Translations under genes and position numbers: made by a program
The notes under the pieces: model-generated
Databases searched by the model: none
What the model saw: the letters and a program-made list of their open reading frames with translations, nothing else
What the model was told of the DNA's origin: nothing
Shown: positions 1 to 12,800 of the stretch, in pieces
Layout of the letters: each line of letters starts with the position of its first letter
Numbering within the stretch: position 1 is the stretch's first letter
From: Klebsormidium nitens
Taxonomy: Eukaryota; Plantae; Klebsormidiophyceae
Assembly (NCBI GenBank): GCA_000708835.1
Contig: DF237003.1
Span: 43,419-107,418 of the forward strand
Length of the DNA stretch: 64,000 nt
Reading direction: 5' to 3'

Positions 1-1099
1 ACTGGTCTTGACTAGAAAAGCAATCAAGTTCTAGCGCGTACCAAAAGCACATGCCAGGCCAAGCGAACTCGTAGAACGAAGCCTGTACAACAGTCATCGA
101 TCAGCCTTAACCTAAATATTAGCTACTGAAGATGAAGGACCACCTGGTGTTAGTAAACTAGTATAACTTTGACGTGGCGTTGAAGCGGCTTCTTGTGACG
201 TCCGGAGCCGTCCCCCTTTGTGCCCATAAACGGCACTCTCCATTATTACAGCTCAGGCCCAATTCGATATTATAGCATTGGTTGTCACAAACTCCGCAAT
301 TATTGTTGTCGAACAAAGTGTCAGCGCGGGATTGCAAGGAGCCGCCGGCTCGTTAGGGCCAGCCTCGGAGTCGCCCCCGAAGTGACGTTGAACGGCGTGT
401 GCGCCGTGACGTCAGCGTTTGCCTGCAACGCACGTTGTAAGACTGATCAGGACTTCGTCCATTCCGGAGATTCGTACGCCGGCCATTTCTCCATGCCAGT
501 ACAGGGTTGCTTTGCCTTCTGAAGTTATACAAGCAATCAAACGCTGCCACACTCAAGCGGGACAGTCCCATGTGTTTGAAACAGACTCTGACGAGAGCTT
601 GCGGTCCTCTCATCGAACGGGTGGCCCTCCAGACAAGGTTCTGAACATATTGAAAGAATTGCTCCATTATCATCAGCAGTCAAATCGGCTGCTTCGACTT
701 TGATGGTAGAGCTGAGCACTAAGACTCAACCCGGTCGATCCGCGGCAGGCAGTACCGTGGCCCCCACAGAACGGTTCGATCCAACTCCCGGCACAGCGGA
801 GAACCACACCTAACCAAGCCGGGTTCATCATGGTTAAAGTTCTACCAGACCAGACCGGTTGACAGCTGGCTGAACCAAACCCGTTAACCGGTTTGGTTCG
901 GGCAAAACCTTCCTGTGTTTGCTCCCCGCATCACCGGGTATCAAATTTACAGCTGGACGTAGTCAAGAGCATGCGTGGCAGAAATCAGGCGTTTGAAACG
1001 AACCGTACGGTTCCGCTAGGCTAAGCTTAAACATACAATGGGTACATGTTTTACAATGAACCGCCGTCGGTTCTAAGTGCGCGCGTTCCTCGTCCGACA

Positions 1100-2760
1100 G
1101 CACACCGAGGCCTCTCGCCCAGAGCTTGCGCATATTGGACATCGCATCGAATCGCCCGACCGAGCAGCCCCCGCAAACCACTTCTCCGCAAATTCCACAT
1201 CCTGGCCCACACCCGTGCCCGCTCCGTAGCAGACGCCCAGGCTGTTCTGCGCCCGCGCTGATCCCCCTTTGGCGGCCTTTCGATACCACTCAGTTGCCTT
1301 CTTTTCGTCCTTGCTCACACCCGCACCTCGCTCGTGGCAGACGCCGAGATTGAACTGCGCGCCCGCGTGCCCCTGCTCTGCGGCTCGCCGGAACCACTCC
1401 GCTCCGCGAGCCGCATCCTACGCCGCACATCTTTGCCGCGAACGTAACACAACCCCATGTCATACTGTGCGACCGCCTCCCCCTTCTCAGCGGCCTTCCA
1501 AAACCACACCATCGCCATCGCCTCGCGTCCTTTTCCACGACCCCGTTCTTGTACCATTTGCACACCTTCTTGCACGGGGCTTGCACGCAGATGCGTGTTC
1601 CAGTCGGGCGGAATTTCTGTACCATTTCAACGCCAGTTCGTTGTCCTGTCGAACGCCCACGCCTCGCTCGTAACACGCGCCGATCTCGAATAGGGCGTCC
1701 TTGTCCCCCTGCTCGGCAGCCTTACAGAAACAGTCCACACCACGCGCAACATCCCGCATCACGCGATCGCCTCGAAGATAGCAGCGACCCAACTGCACTT
1801 GAGCGCCCTCATCCCCCTGCGCCGTGCAGCCTTCCGGTACCATTGGACCGCCTTCCTCGCGTTCTCCGCGACGACGCCCTTCCGCCTTTGAGCACAGCAC
1901 CTCCCGCAGGCATTCTGCGCGCAGCTGCATGCTCCTGCTCGGCTGCTTTTCGAATCCACTCCGCTCCAGCTTCACCGCGTCCCTGTCCACACCGATGCCA
2001 CCGGTGTAACACAACCGCGAAAAGTAATGCGCGCTCGCTTCCCCTTGTTCGGCAGCCTTTCGGAACCACTCTACTGCCTTCCCCTCGTCCACGACCACAC
2101 CACTGCCCCCTCATCGTAGCAGGCTCCCATTCCGGACTGCGCGCCTGCGTGCCCCTGCTCGGCAACCCTTCGAATCAATCTCGCACCCCGCACAGCGTCC
2201 CTCCCCACACCGATGGGGCACCGATGCCTGCGAGATAGTTTTTCCCACGGAGAACTGCGCGTCCGCATCCCCCTGCTCAGCCTGCGGCCTTCCGGTACCA
2301 CTCGAGCGCACTTCTCTCGTCCTTCTTCACGCCGATTCTGCTTTCGTAACATTTCCCCAGCTTGGCTTGGGCCCCCGCATGCCCTTGCGCTGCAGCCACG
2401 CTGCAGCCTTTCGGCACCATTCGACGGCCTTCCCCGCGTCTTTGCCCACACTGGTGCCTTCTTCGTAACACGCCCCCACACTGGCATGCGCGCGCTGCGG
2501 CCTTCCGGTACCATTCGATGGCCTTCCTGTGGTTCTTGCCAGCACCCGAAGCGCGCTGTCGCAGCAGGCCCAGGTTGCACTGTGCTTCCGTGTCTCCCTG
2601 CTCAGCTCGCTCTCGAAACTCCTCCCGGCACTGAACGGCAGCCTTAGTGTACCACACGCGCCAGGGCCTTGTCCACGCTCCTGCCTTGGGTGTATCACAC
2701 GATCGACAGCTTATATTGCGAATCCCCCTGCTCGGCGACCTTCTGCAATTACTCCATCGA
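1100..2760 (-). pseudogene. Decayed intronless Sel1-like repeat (SLR) protein gene, roughly a dozen or more ~36-aa repeats
   Basis: Overlapping minus-strand ORFs in different frames each carry SLR consensus fragments: ATEWYRKAAKGGSARAQNSLGVCY, WFWKAAEKGEAVAQYDMGLCY, AVEWFRKAAEQGEASAHY, CFCKAAEQGDKDALFEIGACYERGVGV, AEQGDTEAQCNLG, ALEWYRKAAG. Repeated frame switches and in-frame stops; no splice signals are needed to explain it. Ends approximate. Confidence 0.85.
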
Positions 2761-2834
2761 GCCCGGAAAGCTGGAATCGCTGACCCCCTGCGCGTCGTGA
2801 CTCGCATTACTCCGAACTCGGTCTGGTTGAGATT

Positions 2835-3320
2835 GTGCCTATCCTTGCGGGCAATGGCAAACGCAAGTCAGTGCGTTCACCGACTGTCTATGAGAACTTC
2901 ACATACGAATTATATGACGACACAATTGGCAAGTTCAATGTTTTGACTCTCTACTATGAAGAGCTACTTAAGCATTGCCAACGTTGCGCAGAAGATGAAC
3001 CTTCGTCTGATAGCGGAGAATATAAGAGATGTGCATTTGAGAAACCTTCCCTCATTTGGAGTACCTTGATTTGGCAGGATGCAAGTACCTGCGTACCTTA
3101 ATCGGACTACATGGTAAGGTCCACTTACGAAGAATCATGGACTGTTTGTTATGTATTGCACTTTCTCAAGACGAGTGTTGACGACTTTCATAAAGCATTA
3201 CCTGAAACTACATTGGATTTTTGGGGATGATGACAGTTATGTTCCAACGAACAAAGATTTAGAAGAATATATGATCAAGTTCAATTTGAGGAATACCTGG
3301 GCATCGAATTAGACGATTGA
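2835..3320 (+). pseudogene. Possible decayed intronless ORF of unknown family
   Basis: The frame of ORF 2835-3101 continues past its TAA as SDYMVRSTYEESWTVCYVLHFLKTSVDDFHKALPETTLDFWG**QLCSNEQRFRRIYDQVQFEEYLGIELDD*. More AT-rich than neighbouring exons. No family recognised. Confidence 0.3.
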
Positions 3321-3359
3321 TCTTCCAGGGAAGGTTCTCTGGAAACACTTCATTAATCA

Positions 3360-3603
3360 TTATATCATGAAGTTAGCAACTCTGTGCTGCTTAATCAATC
3401 AATTTATTTATGAAGTTAGCAACTCTATGCTGCTTTGCATGAATTAAGAAATGACGGAAACTGTGTGAAGACTGGCCAGGGTAGTGATTTGTGTGCATGA
3501 ACCTATGAACTGGACACTCGAAAATGAGATGGTCCTCGTCCTCTGTCCTATTCAAAGGACCCAAATGAACATAATCAATGTAAGTGGGAGGAGGGAGAGC
3601 CAC
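3360..3603 (-). mobile_element. 3' remnant of a non-LTR retrotransposon (LINE) ORF2, C-terminal zinc-knuckle region
   Basis: Translation RTEDEDHLIFECPVHRF...FRHFL...RVANFINKLID resembles the EDExHxxFxCP motif at the C-terminus of LINE reverse transcriptases. A short duplication (atgaagttagcaactct, ~3367 and ~3410) lies at its 3' end. Confidence 0.6.
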
Positions 3604-3749
3604 ACGTTATACCCCAACGGCCTGTCACTCCGGCTAAATCGTGTGCTCTAGTACGAAATCAAGCTAGACAGCGACACGCCTTGGTAAAATAGGCGGCACT
3701 GAAGTATGGGGCGCAGGTATCTATCTAACTATTCCAATCTCTCAATAGA

Positions 3750-5561
3750 TCATATTCCAAATACGATCTCAAATATTCCCTCTCCACATTCAATTCCACA
3801 CTCCACACTTCTACACAGCGCGCGAGGGCACTGAGAGCCGACAACACAATTGCTACAGTCCTTGGTGCAATTGCAATCCTGATACTCCGTCTGCAAAATG
3901 CATGCACAGATGAGATGTCGACAGCACTGCTAGCTGAAGTGAACAGACCGTGTCTTGCTTTGCTGCTCTAGACAACAAAGGAAGGAATTTCTAAGGGAAG
4001 AACCATCAAATACCAACTTTCGTAACTGCTCTTGCAGAACACCAGACCACAATTAGGGCATTTCAAAAAAATGATCAGTTCAATTGCAACACTTGTGGAT
4101 TGGTTGGCTAACAACCAACAACCATGGTTCTTTCTTAATTCTGCTCATACAAAATGCTGAAAACGCCCGCTGTTGTGCTGGGCTTAGGACTGCTTACCTT
4201 GGTCGGAGTTGGAGTAGGGGTTGGGGTTTCACAGGTGGGTGGTGCGCAGCTACAACATCCTTCAGGAGGGGTTGAGAGTGACAAACAGGGGCAAGCCCCA
4301 GGACAGTCGTACTGGACGTTACAACTTCTGTCGTAGCAAGAAGTGCCAGCTGCAGTATTCTCGCGGCATTGTTCGCACGTAAGTGAAGCGGAGGATAGAA
4401 GACAAGAAAATACTGCTCCATTGCAGCTGTCACAATTGCTACTTTCAAAACCCAACCACGAAAGGAGAGTGCAGTTATTCTCCTTGAAACATATGTCATG
4501 TTCCGCGCAACAAGGGATCGTACAGGCTGTATCCAAGAAATAATCACATCCAGGATCGTCCAATAAAGCCCGCAACAGTTTCCTCCTACCCCTTGAGAGT
4601 GTAAGGGCAAAAACAATCTGTGTTGCTGAATATATTGCTGCCGTGCCCATGGCATCGACCAAAGATTGGCTGATTACAGAACCCAATAGTTGCGGAATTG
4701 GTAGAGTCAGTAGTCTTGTGCTGTTGGGGAGTGTAAAGTCAGCAGTAGCACTGTCAGTGAAAAAGTCCACTGTTAGTACAGAGGTCCCGTCACTAGCGAC
4801 TGTGATTGTCACTTGATTATCTGAGAGAAAGCGAGGACTTGCACTGTAGCTGATATTGTTCACAAGCAGTGTACTCGTGCTGGGTGTTGAAATTGGGGGG
4901 GAACTTGGCGGGGTGCTGGAGTTGAAGGGGGGCCTTGGCTGGGCGGTGGAGCTCAGGGGAGGAGCTGGGATTGAGAGAGGGGGTTCAAAGTAGGGCCCGG
5001 AGATTGAAAGGGGTGCGCATGTTGGGTTGTTTAGCTCATTCCCACCACACTGTCCAGCACAACAAACAGAGACTTTTCCAGAAGAGTCAAAGCACTGGTT
5101 AGGAAAGCCGCTACTCGGGTCACAAGGACCTGGGGAGGCGGCCAATGCACATGCTGGGGTGGGTCCAGGTGTAGCAATACAGCTCTCAACACCACAACAG
5201 ATAAATTGACTTCCATCCGCATTATAACACCTGTTTGGTTTATCTCCTGCAGGATCACAGGTCCCTGCATGAGAAGTAAGAACGGGCTGTCAGTCTGCTA
5301 CATAGAACTTCAATCTGACAGTATAAGCCTTTCCCTCCTCAAAACAATGGCCTCCAGAGATAAGGAGACTGGCAATGGTTGCAGACAAAGCAAGGGAGAG
5401 AATGCAACACAGAATTCATGAACACTACGGTAATCTGCACCTCAGGGCAGAGCACATGGGATAGCCCCCACGCATGATCTCTTACCCTGCTCAAGCATAC
5501 CGGAGCCCTCCCCCAAAGCGCAAAAGATCAGAAGCACTGTCAGGAGCACAGGAAGAGCCAT
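3750..5561 (-). CDS. Secreted Cys-rich, Pro/Ser/Thr-rich protein with a phospholipase A2-like (CCxxHDxC) domain, ~427 aa, 3 exons
   Basis: Exons 5561-5486 (signal peptide MALPVLLTVLLIFCALGEG), 5264-4198 and 3890-3750 (TEYQDCNCTKDCSNC...FGI*). All are GT-AG and total 1284 nt in frame. Contains two N-terminal C-D-P..C..CC..C repeats, a Pro-rich linker, RRKLL, then CTIPCCAEHDICFKENNC...CDSCNGAVFSCL and a TPTPTPTP linker. Confidence 0.8.
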
Positions 5562-5835
5562 CGGAGGGACTTGGGTCCTCACTTTTACTTCAACTGGACT
5601 TGTGGGATATGGTCGCATACCTATCCGCATCGCATGTCTCTGTTTGTCAACGTGACATGAAAAGTGACGGGACTTGGAAATTTGAGATCAAACGGCAGCT
5701 CCGGCCTAAGGCTATGCCATCAGAGTCCATAAAACGCGTGCAGCCATGAAAGGATGTGGTTCAGAATACCGGTAATCAGAATGTGGCCATTGGCATTTCT
5801 TCTTGAGTCCGTTTTTTAGGAGACTGTTGCTGAAA

Positions 5836-5890
5836 ACATATGACAACATATGACGACATATGACAACATATGACGACATATGACAACATA
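5836..5890. repeat. Tandem 10-bp repeat ACATATGAC(A/G), 5.5 units, alternating A/G (20-bp higher-order period)
   Basis: acatatgaca acatatgacg acatatgaca acatatgacg acatatgaca acata, read directly from the sequence. Confidence 0.95.
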
Positions 5891-6872
5891 AAACCTGTGG
5901 AATACCGGTATGATCATCATCCCCAATCATACCTACCGGTACCCCCAACAGCAGCACCCTTGCTCGGAAGCATGGCAACCAGGGGTCAAGGGCACTTCAG
6001 TTTGGGCATACGGTATAGAGATCCCCTAGCTTGACTTCTCGAACTCAATGCACAAAGCTCGACGCGACTTCTGAGTTTGGACCGTTTCGTCACGGTGACC
6101 CAAAAGTGGACCCAGGGACGGTAAGTTCTGAATGCGGTTGAATGCCATCATAAGTAAAGTAGAAGTATGGCATGATACTTCCACTTTACCTTCCTGAGTA
6201 TAGCTTCGACTTTCTTCCCTTCCATTACAAGTGTTGAGTTGCATCGCTGACGAGAGCAAAATGACAAGCCGCCACGCATATCGATCAAACTGAAATATTT
6301 CCAATGTCAAGTTCTAAACGTGCTCGTTATGGAGCTTCTCTGATGCATCTTGTGCTAGAAAAATGTGCCTGCTCTAGCATGCATACTTCGCAAGAATTAT
6401 CAGGGCAGGTCATGTCTATATGTAGTCCTCAATCCTAAAACTAAGAGTTTTACTGACTGCGTCTGGAGTGTAGATCGAGCTACTTCACAAAAGCAAGACT
6501 GCTGGCTCTTCATAAGCGCTCAAGTCACTTGACAACTCATAAAAGTAAGAGATACCTTATAGGAACAGCTCGAGTCTGCCAAAAACTGTTGACCAGGTGT
6601 CGCCGACTAAAAGTCGACGCAATAACGCTAGTTCCAACCGCTGGGAGTTGCCCACCTCAGCAAAGACAATCTTACTACTAGGAAAGTAAACCAACATATA
6701 ATTCTCCCCTTGCAAGAGCTCGCAATATATTTTCGACTCCCGCCCTAGCTTCGCCTCGCAAATTTGGACCGGCGGGCACCTCTCAATAAAAAAATTAATC
6801 GAACGAATACCACTTCTGACACCTCAACCCCGACGAAAAGCTACGCCTTCTAATTGCCGCCGCGCGTGCTTC

Positions 6873-9800
6873 CTACCGGCCCTGGGTTAGCATGGACATC
6901 TGATACGCCATGCTCATCTGGTGCGCCTCGCTGCCACTAACGCCACTCATCTCGCTCCACGTGGAATGGCTCGGGACGCTCGACTGCGCCGTACTCCCGG
7001 TCTGCATCCCGATGCTCCCGGTCCGCACCGGTCCGAACCAGTCGCCGGATCCGTCGTCCGCCGGCTCGTTCTGGGGGGTCCGGAACCCGGGCCCGGGCTC
7101 CCCCCTGGAAAGACTCTCCAGCTCGCGCAGGACGTCGGCCATGTCGGGCCGGCGGGATTCGTCGGTGGCGCAGCACGCGAGCGCGAGCGTGATCATGCGG
7201 AGCGCCGCAGAGGGGGAGAACTGGTTGTCCAGGCGGGGGTCCATGATGACAAGCGGCTGTTGACGGCCCAGCATTGAGTGGGCAGTGCGCATCACCTGGG
7301 CGGGAGGGGAAGGACTTCTAGTGTATATTTTGGAGCACTGCTTCCCATTTGGTCGACAGAATGAGACGCCAGGGATTCTGACAGCGATGTTCAGACTCCC
7401 CGTCAGGGTTGGAGGTTGAGGAGAATGAGGATCGCACTTCGGACTGCGGGCAAACTTGCCCTTTTTTCGTGACCCAAAGCGTTAAGGCTCAAGATCGGTA
7501 GGAGTTTGGAGTTAGTTACGGATTAGACGACCTGTGATTCTCGGCCAGTTCTCAAACTTCTGAACGGGACGGAGCCCCTAGAACCTTGCTCAGCTACGCC
7601 TCTTTGCCAGCTGCCTGGGAAACTGTGCTTTACGTTCGTCGTCGCCACTTCTAAAAGCGTTTGAACAGACTGGAAGCTCGACAGAGTGCTCTGGCGTCGC
7701 AGGTAGACCAAGAAGCAGAAACACGGTTTGAAAACGTGGCCCCCTAAAAAGTACTAGACCTTAAACGCCTTAGTCCTCGGATGCTCAGATCTGCTACTGA
7801 AAGCAGGTCGTAAGGATCCACATACGAAGCTTTTCGTTTGCTGGAACCGCCGAGATAGAAGGAAGGAAAAGGATCAAGGGCCCGCACAGGAGATACCTCG
7901 CCGTTACCTGCCAATTCACCTTGACGAGAGGAATCTCTGCAGAGCGACGATTGCGACCGAAACACCGAAAGAGGACTGGAAGTGCTGGCCTGCCAAAGGT
8001 CTAGAGGAGGGCAAGAACACAATCCGACGGACAATCTTCACACGTCTCATTTTGCTTTGAGTGAGGCCAATTTCCGGGGACCACAAACCTGAACCCCCCA
8101 GATTCAACTTGCTCCGCGTCCGTACCCCACCTTAACCCCGATACCTAACCCACACAGACTTCAGCCCAGGACTTGGGTCAACATAGCCTTTCTCAACGAA
8201 AAGCAGAAAACTATTGTTTGTCTAATCCTTACGGCGTCCACCAGGTTCTTGCGGCCGCCCTCGGGCGTCAGCTCGAGCGCCCGGTAGCCCGTCAGAATCT
8301 CGAGCAGCACCACGCCGAAGCTGTACACGTCACTCCGCTTCGTCACCTGCCGGTGGGGGGATGACGTCAGCAGGGCGGCAGGGGGACAACGGTGGGGAAT
8401 CAAAGATAGTGGAGTGGGTTCGTTCGTCTTTGCGAGGCAAGATTCCTATGACATTGTAAATGGGATTAGAGAAGATCACAACGAACTGCAAGTGACCTTT
8501 TGATATTTCCGTAAAGTGACGCGATACTTTTGTAACGACGTCGACTCCGAGAGAAAAGGAACGGAATATGCAGCCGTAGGGCGCCCTTCTAAGCGGATCG
8601 ACCAGAGCCTCGGATAGTGTTGCCCTCCGTTCATCAAGCCTCTCGTCTGAAGCGCAGTTCTTGCATTCAGTTTCCTCACTTGTGTCCTTCTGCGATCAGA
8701 GCACTGACACTGACCAGCCGTGCTCGTCTTCCGGTCTTCCAGAACGCAAGAATTCGAAACTCTCCTCCTCGCAAGCGGCAGTTCATATCGAAAGCAGCGG
8801 TGTTCGTCGCAACGAAAACGCTTCGACAGAAGCAAGACAAGACGAGGCACCGAAATCTGGATCAGCGCACCTGTCCATTGAGCGCGTACTCTGGTGCGAC
8901 GTAGCCGTAGGTGCCGCGCACGCGCGTGCTCTGGTGGCTGTCGCCCTCCTCCAGCAGCTTCGCCAGCCCGAAGTCGGCGACCTGACGCGCAAAAGCGGGC
9001 GGTCTGTAAGTTTTCGCAACTGCTTCGAAAACTTGCTCTGCGTGCTGAGTCTGGTGCCCCGGTCTGACTTCTGGTATGTGCGGGAATGTTTGGCAGCTTC
9101 AGGATCGTGGCGAGGAGTGATAAGGCAGGCTAAAGTTTGCAAAACAAAGCCAGCGTTGAAGCAAGGAGCGCATTGGAGAAAGGAGCGGATTGTTGTAGGA
9201 GATGCGTTAGTCAGGCGGCGCTTTGACGTGTTCCGGTAAAGGCTATTTGAACGGATGGTGGTTCAGATCGAAACGGATACCTTCCATCTCAAAAAAAGAG
9301 CGCCCACTCCGCGGCACTTCATGAAAAGGAAGACTCCGCGCCTTGGGTCGCAACTTCGCCTGATTCCGCTTTTTCCTACTGCAAATTCCTGGCTCCTTTT
9401 CACTATAAGTGGCCGCTCCCACAGTTTGCGGAAAGCGCAACACCGGAACCTTTGAGTCCCTTTGATCGACGACCATCAACAAGAAGTCCCGTTACCGACT
9501 TGCACACTGCGATTGCGGCATCGTTCCGTTTGTGTCACTAGTTGCACTTGCGTACTGCCATGTCCGGCGTCTTTCCGTTCTTGGAGCGGAATCCGGCCTC
9601 ACCTCCGCCTGCATCTTGGCGTCCAGGAGAATGTTGGCGGGCTTGATGTCGCGGTGCAAAATTGGCGGCTCCGTGTCGTTGTGTAGATACGACAGTCCGC
9701 GTGCCGCGCCCACTGCGATGTTGACACGTGTCTCCCAGTCCAGGGGGGGCTGGGAAGCTGAGATTAGGAAAGGCTCGGCGTCAGTCATGTGGCGTTATCG

Positions 9801-12800
9801 CAGGCCATTCGAGAGCAAACGCCGCTACCGCACGTTGGTCGCAACCCGTCAACAGCGTTTAACGCAAGCTCCTGCCTTTGTTAGGAAGTATCAAGGGTGG
9901 TTAGCTGAGGATTAAGTTAGGTCGCACTCGCACACGCAGCTCGGTTTCGGGGAAGCTACAATATCAGCTTGGCTTTCTTTGCACGCTCCAAGGACTCAGC
10001 TTGGAAGGGTGACAAGCGAAAACAAGGCCACGTCAGGCCGCAGTTGAAAAAATTAAGGCCCACGGGCACACACACATTCTCTTAAAAGGATATGCGCGTC
10101 CTTTGACCAGCTTATGGACTGAAAGGCTGTCATAGATGCCTAAGGAATCTGCAAAGGAGAGCAGCCAGGGGCGCCACCTGATCCTCAAACACAGAGACAA
10201 AATCAAAGCAGAGCCCCACTGGTAGCAGAGCCACGCGAAAGCACTCAGAACGGGACAGGAGACCTCCCTCCGACACGTATGAACCCTGAAACTCGAGAGA
10301 AGACATTCCTTGCACGGATACACTGCTTTGTAGGGTGCGATCACTGCAAACCGCAGTTCATTGAGGGAGCAGCAGACCAAAGCGACGGACAAGAAAGGAA
10401 GTCCCACTCACTGCTGCGCAGCGCGGCGTCCGGGTTTCCGTTGGCAGCGTAATCGGGCACGAGGAAACGGAGAATACGGTTTGCTGTTCCACAGGGCGCT
10501 GCAGAGCCACATAAAAAGGGGACGAAATAGCAATTGCGACAAGCAAACAGACGGACATACTCACTGCTGCGCAGCGCCGCATCCAGGTTCCCATTGGCGG
10601 CGTAATCGAGGACGAGGAAGCACGCGTCTGGCGTGACGCAGTGCCCGCGCAGCGCGACCAGGTTGCGGTGCCGCACGCGGCCCAGGGTGCCAAGCTCGCC
10701 TAGGAACTCGCGCTCACCCAGGCCCTGCGCAAACAGGTGAGAAACCGTGGTTCAGGATTGAGACGCGCCAGTGCAAAAGCGGAGGAGCGGAAAAAGGTCG
10801 CCAGAAATCAGATTTCTCGTACAAAGACTCATATGCCCAGCACGCCTTGTGCGCCCAATAATGCCCGCTCGCCCGGGCCCTGCACAGAATGGCGCGAGAG
10901 CGCACGTTGAGATGTTGACGCACGGAGAAGTTCCATGGTTCGAGAATATTGAGGTTTTAGGGCTTTTGAATTGTGACCGAGCTGCGATACCGCACGCGGC
11001 CTAGCGTTCCCAGCTCGCCTAGGAACTCGCGCTCGCCCAAGCCCCGCACAGAAAGTGCCCAACAACGGTGAGTCAGGTCGGAGAAGTGGCGAAGAGTGAA
11101 AGCCAACGAACGCGAACAAGTCTGCAGGAGCTTCCCTCTTTTCGCAGGACTTCATTTCTCCCTTTCTTTCGCGGAGAGCAAGGGGAACAAGGTCCGCCAC
11201 TCCAAAGAGCTTTTCTCCTTGACTTCTCACCCTGCAAGTCACGGCTATCCTCGTTCCAGGAACAGGATACTTTCGCGTAATACTAAAAGCGTGAACCGCC
11301 GGCGCCGCACCTTGTTTCCGGATTTGAGCTGCTTGACGGCCACCTGCGAGCCGTTGGCCAGAGTTGCCACGTAAACCTTCCCGTAAGCGCCCTCCCCCAG
11401 CAGTGCGCTCGGGGCGAAACTCCCGGTCGCCTGCTTGAGCTCCGAGTAAGTGAAGCGCCGCCACGAAGACCCGAGCGCCTCGTCTGCGTCCGCCTCCGCA
11501 GCTGGAAACCGAATGTTCGTGTGTAAGGGTTTCTTGCTTTCGAAAATATCACCCGTTTGGGCTGGGGCGAGGACTCGGGGGTTTTTGACAAAGAGGTGCT
11601 TTTAGACTAGTTGATGTGAGAGTTGGGGACCCTTGACGGAACGTAGTTTTGTGAGGAAAGTGCTTGGGGAGAACTGGGGATCGAGGTCAGGGGCTCGGAG
11701 CATGAAGATATGATCAATCGAATCGAAGCATGAGATATGATCAATCTAACAAGAGCTTGAACAGCAAAGCGACCAGGTTTCCGCGCTTGTTCGTCTCTTG
11801 AATCCATCTTCAGGTGTTAGTCTTAAAATGAGAGTTGCACCAACGCAAATCATCTGGTGCTTCAAGGGCCAACCTGTTGTTAGAAGTCAAGTTACGACTC
11901 AAACCCAGAAAAACACACACAAAGACGCAGAAGATTTGAGAGCCTGCGACCAGAGCAAATCTCAGCTCAGCCAAACCAAGCAAACACGGCGTTCTCCTCA
12001 CTCGACACAGTGCTCGCGGTTTTGTCCACCGCACTCCCGTCAACGCTCATCTTGGCCCCTCCGTCGTCCACGTCACCCTTGACCACCGGCAGATGGTGCG
12101 CGCGCTTCTTTTTGCGGACCGCGAGACACCCGACAATCACCCCGAGCAAAACCACCGCTCCGACGCCCGCCCCCGCCAGCCCGGCAATCAGCCCGGTCTT
12201 CGACGAGCTTTCTTTGGACGGGGCGACAGCAGGAAAGGGGGATGTGGTTCCGGCCGGGGGGGTTCCGGTCACGGTTCCGGCGGACTGGGGGGCGGAAGCT
12301 CCGGGGATTGTTGTAGTTTTAGTGGGGGCGGGGGTGGCAGACAGTGAGGAGGGGGGGAGGGCAACGGGGCCTGCACAAAGATTGTGCTACTTTGTTTCTT
12401 GTCGGCGAATTTGCAAAATGACCCTGCAAATGAACACCGTTGCGACTTGGGCTGCTGTGGATACGCGTGGGAACGCGAGACAGACCAGTCGTTGAAATAT
12501 TACGGGCTCGCTTTTGCGCCTAGGCGTGCCTTTGCTTCACGGAGTTTTGCTCCTCTGCACGATGCATCTCTCCCAGCCCTTTCGTGCGCCGCTCACGTCA
12601 AGTTGCAAAGTCTCCTCAACATGAAGCCCAGGACACCAGCTCTTTTGGGGTTCCGTGAGCTTAATCATTCTAAAAAGCGTGGCCTTTGTGGCTCACAAAT
12701 CGTACGGAGAGAACAAGTCTAAAACATCAGAGGTCCTTCACATTGCTCGACCGGCGCCCAGCAGCCGTCAGAAAGAAGGCAGGAGCAAAGCCTCGTAGCA

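Noticed and set aside
220-719. Four overlapping short ORFs at the window start
   Set aside because: No recognisable motif and no consistent splice model; both strands are similarly open.
707-1030. Possible MITE or Helitron: TAGAGCTGAGCA start, AACC/GGTT-rich interior and hairpin gaaccaaac-N10-gtttggttc (872-899)
   Set aside because: The hairpin is real, but I found no matching opposite TIR, no TSD and no CTRR end at the expected distance.
6600-6645. Helitron-like 3' end (cgact-aaa-agtcg hairpin followed by CTAG-T)
   Set aside because: The stem is only 5 bp and no 5' TC end or internal Helitron sequence was identified; chance occurrence is likely.
8476-9915. Long ORFs such as 8661-9239 (+) and 9532-9915 (+)
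   Set aside because: Antisense shadows of the GC-rich kinase exons plus intron read-through.
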